A stretch of 64,000 nt of DNA from Podarcis filfolensis (lineage: Eukaryota), in NCBI GenBank assembly GCA_964270895.1, contig OZ185437.1, one strand, 5' to 3'. Made by a program: the position numbers and the translations under genes. Below, in pieces: positions 1 to 11,300 of this stretch. Each line of letters begins with the position of its first letter. The stretch's first letter is position 1. A model generated the notes under the pieces. It did not search any database, was not told the DNA's origin, and worked only from the letters and a program-made list of their open reading frames with translations.

Positions 1-323
1 AGAACTCTTTTGCCAACTTGCAAATAAATGGAGACAGTATGGTTGAAAGGAGCCATAGGGGTGAGGGAGAGGAAGACCATGAATCATCGTCTTCTGGTAG
101 GGTGCCAGTTCTTGACACCTCCATTGAGGAAACAGAATCGGATGCTAGCAGCGATAGTGAGGATGTGTCTGCCCAACTTCAGTTGCCTGTATCCTCTGCT
201 CAGCAGAGACATCTGAATGCAAGTCAGCCAGCCTTGGATAGACCAGTGGTGGGGAGTGGGGTGGGAAGCACCAGTGTAAGGTCTAGAAGGCCTGATGGAC
301 AGTGCACAGTAACTGAAGTTTAA
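1..323 (+). CDS. RNF146: RNF146 (PAR-dependent E3 ubiquitin ligase, Iduna), C-terminal part of the last coding exon; 5'-partial
   Basis: Frame open from nt 3 (NSFANLQINGDSMVERSHRGEGEEDHESSSSGRVPVLDTSIEETESDASSDSEDVSA...VRSRRPDGQCTVTEV*), matching the vertebrate RNF146 C-terminus as I recall it. TAA at 321-323. Tail-to-tail with ECHDC1 as in human. Confidence 0.96.
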   Translation, partial: NSFANLQINGDSMVERSHRGEGEEDHESSSSGRVPVLDTSIEETESDASSDSEDVSAQLQLPVSSAQQRHLNASQPALDRPVVGSGVGSTSVRSRRPDGQCTVTEV

Positions 324-997
324 ATCTAGAGCCATGTTTTGAAAACTCAGTCTTGTATATGTACATTTTGTCTGTATTGGCATTGCATTCCAGCCTAGCA
401 ATGTATTCAAAGTGTTTCAGGGTGGGAGGAGGGGAAAGGGAAAACCAAGCCTGGTCCTTGAACTTGTAAGAAAATCTCTTAATATTTCTTGGCTGGAAGA
501 TTCAATGTTTGAAGAAAAAAACAAAACCCTGGGGTGTGTTAATGGTTTGACAGCTACTTAGCAATACCCAGTTTCGTAAACGTTTCACGTTTTATTTTGT
601 AGTATATGCTCATCCCCAGTAAAACCCTGTCCCCCTTTTTGACCAGTGTATATTCACTGTACAACTTGGAAATGTCATCATTCTTCATTGCATTAAGTAT
701 CTTTACTATCTGCATGGATTGATGTATGGAAGGAAAACTAAAGCGAACTGGAAATGAACAAGAATTGGGGGTATGAACCAGATGCTTAATTTTAACATAA
801 AGTAGGTGTGACTTCTAAAGTTCAGATGTTTTACTAAACAAAGAGCAATCATCTTCCTGAATGAAATGTAAAATAACTCCTGTTGCAGAGTTTTACTTGT
901 AAACACTTCATGGTGTCTTCATCGGCTCTTCCGTCTAGTCCCTGTAGCTTGTTTGTTTTCTTGTTCCGTCTGGTTTTTGTTACAAAATTTATAATTT

Positions 998-1003
998 AAT
1001 AAA
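998..1003 (+). terminator. Probable RNF146 polyadenylation signal (AATAAA)
   Basis: AATAAA about 675 nt after the stop, preceded by U-rich sequence; ends a TE-free, UTR-like block (324-1020). Confidence 0.65.
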
Positions 1004-2529
1004 CTACATTTTATCAACCACCTGAGCTCTGTTTCCACATGGGTCTGCACCCATGTCATCTTGAAGTTAGTTATCAAAGGAGGAATGGACACTGGTTAAT
1101 TGTAGGACTTTGTGTGCTGAAAATCAACATGAAACACAATGTGCTGAAGATTACACAGTGCTTGAAAAAGATGGTATAATATATGGCTCTATAAAAACCC
1201 ATTCATTTCTCCTGCCTTGCCTAATCTGCCAGGATAGGGAATCTGCAGAAATTTGTAATGTAGTGAGATAGGCAGAAAGCCAAACAACAGCTTGCTATTT
1301 TGGTTAAGTACCATCTGTGAAAATACACCTCTCACAGACTTTCTGTACTATTGCTAACATTGGGCAAAGACATCCTTTCGTGTGGGGTGTGGATAGATTA
1401 CTTGGTGGAAAAACCATCACATCCATAGCCTGCAGTTGGGTGGGTGGTAGTCCAAAGCTGATATGGTGTCAGGAGACAAAGGGAACATTGGGTCCTGTGG
1501 ATTCACAGCTATTGTAGAACACTCCATTTTGCCCTACACTGTCACTAAGAACACCACTACTGGAATTTCCAGTGGGTGTCTTGGGAGGCCACTGGAAGTG
1601 TTGGTGTCTTGCCCATAGCCCATTTTGTTCATCTACTAGCTCCTTACATAACCTTTGGCTTTGACCCTTTAGGTTTCTGTGATTTTATGGACGGCTCCTT
1701 TGCAATTAACATATGCAATAGCTGACTATCAATAGTGTTCGGTACTGAAAATGGAAGTCTAAGAACTGGAACTCCCCCAGTCTTTCATTCTAGGTACAGT
1801 CTTTGCTTCAATTCTTGGTGGCCACCACTGAGCACTACCTCCTTTCACATTTAACATTGACCTGCATAGACATTGTAAAGTATCAACAAGTGTTATAACT
1901 AGCTATGTGAACCCAGTACCATTTATACATGAAGTAAATGACAAGCAGGCCTCCATAGTAAAGCCACAATCATGGCAGCATGAAAGAGATTCCTGACCTA
2001 TCCATTAAATACAGCTGAATAGCTACTGCACAAAATAGAAATCTCTTTTGTTATAAGCATATCTGTAAGTGCCAGGGTACTGTGTATCATTTGGTGGTTA
2101 TTAGTCATTTCTGGTAATACCGTCTTCAATAAAAACACAAACCTAAGTTTGTGCTTCTGCACAAAGCTATTCTTTCCCTGGTCTGTTCTCAAGCTTAACA
2201 TCCATGGGATCCCCACATAAGAAGTGGCAGCTAACTACTTGGGTTACACATAAATAGGGGCCTGGTTATAGATGAACATCACAGTACAAACCTCATTTTA
2301 ATCAGCCTGTTTGCACATGGATCTTTTGCAGCTCTGAAAAAATACTCTATTTATCTCCATATGTACTAAAAAAACAAGAGATGATACTCTTTAAAGTACA
2401 GTTCTCCATCCACAATAAAGCAATTTAAATAATTTATCCTAGTCCCATAATGTGAACTAGTTTAATAAAAGGCAGCTGATGTTTTAGGTCAGGAAAAGCG
2501 AGGGCTCCAAGGAAGAGTATACCTCTAAG

Positions 2530-2662
2530 CAGGGCTTTTTTCCAGCCGGAATTCAACGGAACTGAGTTCTGACACCTCTCAGGTGGTTGCCATTGTGATT
2601 CTAAGAAGTGGGAAGTGTTTATGGTCAGTTCCAGCACCTCTTTTTCTAGAAAAATAGCACTG
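2530..2662. mobile_element. hAT-type MITE
   Basis: Imperfect TIRs CAGGGCTTTTTTC / GAAAAATAGCACTG; 8-bp flanks CCTCTAAG (2522-2529) and CCTCTAAC (2663-2670). Partial copies of the same interior at about 10848-10942 and 24938-25020. Confidence 0.75.
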
Positions 2663-3970
2663 CCTCTAACATATTGCCAGTTTTGCAGCTATCAATGTGT
2701 TTCACAAAGCTGTGGGACATTGATATATACTGATATTGAACATGCTCTATTTTGCACCCTGGCACCATGCCTTCATGTCAACAATGCTGCTGTATCAAGC
2801 AAAATGAAGGACGGCTCTAATAACACTTTCATCAGGAATGATTCTATAAATTAAGTGAATTCAGAGAGCCTAGCTGTAGTTATTTTGGATTCTCTGTGCA
2901 AGCCTCCAGCAGGGATTCACAATCCTTGGCTTGCCTTTATAACAAGCCAAAAATCATGCTTGTTATGACTCACCATGCTGAGAGATGAGCAGGGTCTTAC
3001 TTCATATCACACCATTCTCCAAGCTAGGAGGTCAGTGGGCGTGGGGGGACGCTTGCTGCTTTCCAAGAGTCTCCAAGGCTCAGTTGTTAGCTGTTGAGCA
3101 CCTGCTCTTCTCAGGAGAAGCACATATATTCTTCCTCAGTATTGCACTCAATAGGTTGGAAATGTGCTCACCAGTGATATGTTTGTCTATGAGCACTTCA
3201 GTTTTTCTTGATAAATTGAGTTATAAAAAAGCTGTGCTGCAGAAAGCTTGAGTCAAGAGGTTGCCATGTTTCACCCACCACTGCAAATGTCTTGCTGTAA
3301 CAGACTTTATGATTTGTCACAGCTTTGTATGCCGAGTGTATCACCAAAAAGAACAAAACAAATAAAACAAATCTGCACTCCTCTTTGCTGGATCAACTGC
3401 TATCATTACTGGCTCTGATAAGGTCTATTCCCCACCCCGCCTCCCAGGTGACATAAAAAGAATAACAGTAGGGTCATCATTAGAAAGGAAGAACTACAAA
3501 TAATAGTATTACAAACAGAACAGAAGTAATGACTTGTTTGACTCAAAGTTCTTGCAGTCCTAACACAAATATGAGGAAGTTTATACTATAGAAACTACAG
3601 CTTTAAATGCATCAAGGATATTGTATACAAAACCAATTTACTGTTTCCACAAAGCAGCTAGATACTGGTTTTGGCACTTTGAATGCAATTGAAAGTTTGC
3701 AGATGCAAGTCATCTTGGAGATGCTTTTTTGCATAGGCTGAAAAAGGTAAGGTCAATTAAGTTAACCAGGAAATCCATCAAATATGTCTTTGATCCATAT
3801 ATGCCTAGACACCATCACTGATATTTGCAGATACAGCATAAGATTGTGTGAAAATCCGTTTTACATTTAACAATGTGTCTGCCAACTTTATCTACACAAA
3901 GACCTAAGATGAAGGTGAGATGTTCTTGCACTTAATACAAAATCTTATAGCACCTTCAAGAATAACAAAT

Positions 3971-4120
3971 GCATAAGCTTTTGTAGATGAAATCCACTTA
4001 ATCAGATACAATGTGGACTTGGGTTCATGAAAGCTTATGGCATAATAAATTTGTTGGTTGTTAAGGTGCCTCAAGATTCTTTGTTTTTGCTGCAACAAAC
4101 AAACACAGTTCACCTTTCTG
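3971..4120 (+). mobile_element. Penelope-like element terminal remnant with inverted 5' piece
   Basis: GAAAGCTTATGGCATAATAAATTTGTTGGTTGTTAAGGTGCCTCAAGATTCTTTG...GCTGCAACA resembles the reptile Penelope pseudo-LTR end; inverted copy of the AAGCTTATG region at 3971-4009. Confidence 0.7.
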
Positions 4121-4946
4121 GTGTAAGTTTGAGATGGTTTAATAAGCTGAAGGCAGAAGCTTTGGGGCTGTGCATGTAGTGTATGAGCTCACTGAGTACC
4201 ACCTAGATGAAGTTTGAGGAAAGCTATACTGTTACTTATTTTAGTTCTGACCTGGCCAATTCTCAGTGTACATGTACACAGGGCTAAAGTTGCTTTTAGG
4301 TTAAACCTATTTTTGATCAAACTATGTCAAACTTGGGCATGATTGTTTCCAAGAGCTTTGAACTGGAGACATCAACAACAACAACCAAACCCATTTGAAA
4401 AGGATATCATCTTACATCCATCTCAGGTCTTTGCAAGGATAAACTTGGCTAAAATGCTGCACTTGCCTTTCAAAATATTATGCCCGTACATAACATAATG
4501 CACATGAAAATAATGCATTCAGTGAAGATGCTTTGAAAGAGTAAGTTTAATTACTACTCCAAGTATGATAGCTCTTACTACGAGAGAGAGGAACATCTTA
4601 CATATACTCACTGGGATGCAAATGTCTCCCGGCTGATTTGCAGACTTCCATATGCATACAGCCTCCATGTGCAATATGCAGCAAGTTGCTGGAAGGGAAA
4701 TATATATACATATATATTTACCCTACCTGGGACTAAGCTCCCAGCATTTCTTCCATTTTTCAAGAACAAATTTCCCTAATCTCCACTTTAGCTATGATCA
4801 GAGTATAGGGGGCTTATAATCAAACGTCCCAGAAAGTTAATGCCCACTGAGTTGATACAATTCTTAACAGTTTCTCCCAAATCCCTGTTTGGCAGCAGCT
4901 GTTTGTTTGGAAAAGAAAGATCAAAACCATTTCTTTTGTGTGTCAT

Positions 4947-5352
4947 TTATTTATGTTTTGTTCTCTGAGCCAAAGCCTGCAAATTGGCAGGCCCACCCCA
5001 AACAGTTCCAAAAACCTCTTTTTCGGTCGTCAAGGCAGCTTCTAACTGCAGCTCTCGTCCTGCAGAAACCACTTTCTTCACAGCCTGAATTACTGCAGGA
5101 GGGCCCTTTGTGTATGGTCTGAGCCATGTACGTGTTTCTTCCAGTGACTCAAGTTCATCAGACGAGGACAACACGGCTTCTACCAGGCCAATACGAAGGG
5201 CGGTCTCTGGATCCACTTTTACAGCACCACTCAGCAATTTGAGGGCAGGGCTGCTGCCAAGGATTTGTACGAGCCTGGCAGCTCCTCCCCAGCCTGGTAC
5301 TAAGCCCATCTGCTTGTGGACAAATCTAATTTCGCTCTCCGGGGTCATTAAC
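4947..5352 (-). CDS. ECHDC1: ECHDC1 last coding exon (406 nt including TAA)
   Basis: Acceptor TTTCTCACTGACAG|GTTAATG at 5353; LMTPESEIRFVHKQMG...RTKHK*; stop at 4949-4947. Confidence 0.97.
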
Positions 5353-8300
5353 CTGTCAGTGAGAAACAAGTATTCAGTTGTTAATTTATACTGAAGCTTA
5401 GCAGTCAAGCCATCTCAGTTCTCTCTGCCTCATTCCTATGCAAAGCACAATTTCGGATGGCAAGATGCAGACTGTAAGTGTTTTCTAACGTTAGGCAGGC
5501 TAATGCTACATCAAGCAAGCAATTTGCAGAGACTGAATCCAAAGTAAGGCAAAACAAATGGATCAATTTGAAAGGGAAGACAACAACCTTTAATCCAAAA
5601 TGAGAAGCCAGCATTTTTATATTAGGTTGAATATTACCTTTCAGATCAGAAATACGCAAGGACAGATTCTTATTACCACCTCAGCATGGGTCAGGGGTTG
5701 TTTAAGGACAACCTATGCTCATTTTCAACGACTTCAGTCTGAGGAATTGCAATGAACACATATCTTCTTCTTTGGCGATCACTCGTAGCCGAGTAAGATT
5801 GTCTTCCATAAACACGGTTTTAACAATGAGTCCGTAAGTGACTGGAGGCCAATTCTGGACCCACACGTCCTTCCACAGTGCAGACATTGGTTCCCGGGCG
5901 GGAGTTGATCACGGTGTGGATTTGCCAGGCGTGCCTTCCTCTTAGCACGTTTCTCCCTTGAGTTTGAGTGTCTTCAAAGTCCATGACACCTTTGGTAAAG
6001 GCTGTTCTCCAACTGGAGCACTCGCAGGCCACTGTTTTCCAGTTGTCAGTGTTTATACTACATTTTTTTAGATCTGCCTAGACAGTCTTTAAACCTCTTA
6101 ATGAACACACATAAAACCCTATGGGCATGGGGCTGAAATCAGATGGCAAGACTGGGAGGGATTGTTTTGCCATGAAGCAGCCCATGTTTTGCTGGACTTT
6201 CTTAGCTAAGCAAACATTTGTGGTCATCAGGATTCCATTGGTCCCATTTTTATTTTTTTTTAAAAGGAATGCCAAATGGGGCTTACTCCCAAGTAAATAT
6301 GCACAAATTGTCAGCCCTAGTCCTAGTCTGTTTATTTATTCAAAGCCCTGGTCCTAGTCTGTAAATTTATTCAAAGCCCTAGTCTTAGTCTGTAGATTTA
6401 TTCAAAACATTCACATTTTAGTGAAGAATCCAGGCAGCACGAGAATCAAGAAGTGATGGGGAAAACAACAGAGAAAAATGAGATTTTGTTCTATAGTTCA
6501 GTAAAAAAGAGAGAGAGAGAGATGGCAATTGCTATAATTGTCAGGCCCTTGCCTTTTTTTGCGTCTCATGTGAATGCTCTTTATTGTGCTTTAAAAATAG
6601 AGAGAGAAGCACAATGCTGAGGTTAATGCCACTTTGCAGAGGAAAACTAGTGCAGTTACCAGCTGAATTGGAAAAGGCCAAGCAAAATGATAAAGGGGCT
6701 AAAGTAACTCCCATATGAGGAAAGGTCACAACACCCAGGACCCTTTTTTTGGGGTGGGGATAGGGCAAATAAGCGAGAGAGAAAATGATATGTGCAAAAT
6801 TGTGCATGGTGTGCAGAAGGAAGGGACACCTCAGGAAGCCGAATGTTACAGGTTTCAGGGCAGACAAAAGGAAGTGCTTCACACAGCACACAGGTAACTA
6901 TAGGATTCGCTACCCCACAACATAGTGGTAGCCACCAACTCGGACAGCTTTAAAAGGTACTTATACAGATTAATGGAGGACAAGACTATCAAAGACTCCT
7001 GCCCATGATGACTATATATTAGCTCCAAAATCAGCGGCGATGTGCCTCTCACTACCAGTCGCTGGGGAGAACAATTAGGAAGAGTTGATGCTGCACTCGT
7101 GTCTTGCTTGAGGGATTCCTGCAGGCATCTGGTTGGCCACTGAGAGAACAGGATGCTAGACCAGGCAGGCCTCTGGTCTCTTCCATCAGGGCTCGTCTTA
7201 TGAACCTGATGATATGTTTCTGTACTTTGCTGGAATAGGGCCAGAGACTTGAACAGGCTTGCCACAGTAAATTGTTCGGCAGCATCCGCTGGCCTTCGCA
7301 GCTCACGTCTTCCACAACATCTATGAACTTACCTTATTGTGTACTATCGTTGTGGTGATAAAACCTTGGCACAGTCAGAGTGGATATCAGGGGGGAGAAA
7401 GAGAGACAGTCGCACATAGGTCAGGAAGCAGGAAGGAATGAGGGGTGGATAACGGAGGGGAAGAAGAGAGTGAGCAGCAGGCAAGTATGGGGCGGCGGTT
7501 ACGAAGAAGGAAGAATGAGGCTGAGATCAGGATCATACAGAAGACAGAGACAATATGCAGATTGAGAGCTTCTGGAGAAGCAACAATACATGCATAGGTT
7601 TTATTTGCTGGGTACGCAGAACCCTGAGTTTCTCCCACTGATTTTAACCAGAAAAAAAATTAAAGGAATGTATGCTGTAACAACCTGAACATGGAAGGCA
7701 TAATTTTTGAGAGAAGTTCTTATAAATGTGCAGCCACTGCTGCCACCATTCTCCATGCTTCCCTCGCAGGCCTACACAGGAGGAACATTATGTGGACATA
7801 AGCCAATATTATCACGTGTGCTACACAGAACTCAGTCATGCAGACAAATAATCTTCCGCACTGAACATGGACTTTTAAGGTTGTCTGGAGAATGCCCTGT
7901 TTAATATGTATCTGCTTGAATCTGCTTTCAAATATAGAGAAATTTGTTTGGATTATTGCTATTAATAGGTAACAAACAGAAAAAAACACACCAGCAACTA
8001 GACAATAATCCAAAACACTGTGGTCCATGCTGCTGGGAAAATGGCAACTCTGGGCTATATACATAGAATTGTAGAGCTGGAAGGGACTCTGAGGATCATC
8101 TAGTCCAGCCTTTCTCAACCTGTGGGTCCCCAGATGTTGTTGAACTACAACTCCCATCACCCCTAGCTAGCAAGGCCGGAGCTCGGGGATGATGGGAGTT
8201 GTAGTCCAACATCATCTGGGGACCCACAGGTTAGTCCAACCCCCTGCAATGCCGGAATATGCAGTTGTCTCATACAGGGATTGAAGCTGCAGCCTTGGCC

Positions 8301-11300
8301 TTATCAGCACCATGCTCTAGCCAGCTGAGCTATCAGACACATTGTTTGAAACAGGATGGAAATTAAACACAAGGGAAGGGCTGTGGCTCAGGAGTGGAGC
8401 CCATGCTTTGAATGCAAAGGGACCCAGGCTGAATCCCCACCTTCTACGGGTAGATCTGAGACAGGCTGAGGGCAGGCAGACTGAGTTAGGTGGAGTCATG
8501 CCCATTTTTCTTAACAGGACAGCCTCCACGGCTTGCAGCTCTAAAAACGTGTTTAAAATGCAGATGATTAAAAAGGCCGGTCTGACTTTTGCAGGTCACT
8601 GCAGATATCATGAACTCAGCTGACCAATGGAAGATTAAAAATGAGTATCCCTCACACTTCATGCATAAAGTGATCCCTCCGTTTCTTAGCTTGCACCTTA
8701 TTTCTGTGAGCACATCATTGGCTCACATGAACACACTGCACCAAGCTCGCAGCAGTGTTTTGTCAGCTTACATTTCTCAAGAAGAGCTCATATGTGAATG
8801 CTCGGTGTGAAATTTAGGCCATATATTTGTAAGAAAGAACTGTGAACAGAGGAAACTTCATTTCGCATTAAAACCATCTTGTTTACTGGACCGCTGCTCT
8901 GGATTTAAAAAGAAGAAATAAAAAAACCATAACAACGCCTGTGTGTTCCTCTCTAATGATATGACTTGTGATTCAAGTAGCATGGTCTGGAATACTAATG
9001 ATTTTTACAGTTTTCCTAGAAGAGAAGGATAAGCAACCTAGAAAATGCAAGAATTTGATCTGCCATAGCTCCAAAGCTTTATTCACTGGCAAGCAGGGGG
9101 AGTGAGGAGAGGAGGGGAGTGTGATGGAGCCACATATCTCAGAATCTACTTTGGTATCACTTACACACACAACAAAGCTGTGTGTATTTTGCCCATGTAC
9201 AAATGTGCTTTGCAAATATAAAATTCAACCTAAGTTTCTAGTTAGGAGATGTGTAGAGATAAGGTCTCCCACATTTTCAGGCCTGCTGAAGAATCAAGAG
9301 TTACAAATCCCAGACACCTCTGGCAGTATTCTAGACTGACTGGAGTGGGGGGGGGGGCGATTTACAGATGTAGAGTCTGCTTCAAGAATATCATAGGTAA
9401 AGCTAAAGGACCCCTGGATGGCTAAATCCAGTCAAAGGCGACTATGGGGTTATGGCGCTCATCTTGCTTTCAGGCCGAGGGAGCATTTGTCCACAGACAA
9501 CTTTCCGGGTCATGCAGCCAACATGACTAAACTGCTTCTGGGGCAATGGAACACCGTGACGGAAACCAGAGTGCACATAAATGTCGTTTACCTTCCCACC
9601 ACAGCGGTACCTATTTATCTACTTTCACTGGCATGCTTTGGAACTGCTAGGTTGGCAGAAACTGGGACAGAGCAACAGGAGCTCACTCCGTCGCACAGAT
9701 TCAAACTGCTGACCTTCTGACCTAAAGCGTCTATAAAGGTCTAGGCTGTGCCTCCTCCATTTATCCAGACGAGGTAAGTGTGGGTTATTCAGGATAGAAA
9801 CCTGCTCAGCATTTTATTTTCTAGTCCAATTCAAAGGTCACCTTCTCCCAGAACCGGGTGATCAGTGGAACTGACCTCCAGCTTACAAACTTCTGCTTCC
9901 CAGCTCTGCATCTCCCTTGAACTGCAACAGAGAAGGGGGACCTGAGGGCTTCGTTCACATAGAGCATGTGCCAGCAAGTTCCTCCCTATCTTCCTTGGAT
10001 TTCTTTATTCTTCCCTTACCAGAGCACTGTGAGACAGAGCTGCAGAAAAGCCAGCCATGTAATGTAGTAATCAGACCTATGCTAATGCCCTATTCTCTGT
10101 CCCCCCCCTCCATTTCTATATCATTGCTAGTAGCACTGGGAGGAGTTCGAAAGTGATTGAAGTTAAAGCCATATCTTCAGTTAGCAGAAGCATTAAACAT
10201 GAGATCTCAAACTGAAGTTTCCCACCTCAGGCCAGCTTGTAATTATACAGTATTTCATGCTTGTAATTATACAGTAATATCTAAACTGTGTGGCTAAATG
10301 CAAAGCTATTTTTAATTGATGCTTCTCCTCTCCGCTTCCCCTTAAAAGAAGTTGAAAATTTGTTTCTGCACAGAGCTCTTCAACTTCATTTTTTTCCGTG
10401 CCAAATAACCTGATCGTGGTATGAGGCCTAATTACATAGATTCAGACACAAGGAGCTGGCATTAGCACAGGAGTCGAACACAAAAGGAGGATGGCGGGTA
10501 GAGGAAGTGATCCATGGGTCATGGGTGCTTTAGTTGAGATTCCTGCATTGCAGGGGGTTGGACTACATGATCCTCGGGGTATCTTCCAACTCTACAATTC
10601 TATGAACACCCAGTACCCCTGACCATTGGCCAAGCTAACTGGGCCTGAACTCCAAATGGCCGGCATTCTTCTGGCATGCCTGTAACATTAGCTCATCCTC
10701 CAGCAGCACATGAACATGGTGAATGCCCAGCCACCTGGAGAGCAAACCCAGCCTGTGACACTTCCACTTCTGCCTGCCACCCCAGCTACCAGAAAAAAGG
10801 AACTCCCAAGAGTTACAGGTTAATTCACCACCGGGGAGGGGACAACTAGGGCTTTTTTCAGCCAGAACTTGCCGGAACTCAGTTCTGGCACCTCTCAGGA
10901 GGTGGGCGCCATTGCCATTCTAAGAGAACAAGTGTTCTAGAAAAATGTCAATGGGGACAACCACTGGCTAACTCTCCTGTCACCAATGAGTGAGTTCGTT
11001 ATTTATTTAGTAAGTGTCTATCCCACCCTCTCCCCAAGGGAGAAGTTCTCCCCGCTTGTCATTTTATCCTAGCAACAAAACGATGTGGCAAGTTAGGCTG
11101 AAAAACAGTGACTGGCCCAAGGTTGCCCAGTGAGCTTAATGGCCGAGTGGGGATTTGAACCCTGATCTCCCAAAGCCTAGTCCAATGCTTTAACCACTGT
11201 ACCAAACTGGTTGTTCAGGTCAGCCTGTTTAGCCCTCCCCTGCTTTCCGCCAAAGCATGAAGTCTGAAAGAGCAGTCTGACATGCAGGGGGAAGACCCTT

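Noticed and set aside
746-753. miR-145 8mer site (AACTGGAA) in the RNF146 3'UTR
   Set aside because: A single seed match is expected by chance; conservation cannot be tested here.
1360-1620. Possible MITE with GGGCAAAGACA / TGTCTTGCCC ends
   Set aside because: Termini short and imperfect, no TSD; cannot be supported without a library search.
5110-5394. 94-aa plus-strand ORF with a Ser/Asp-rich stretch
   Set aside because: Antisense shadow of the ECHDC1 last exon; no independent support.
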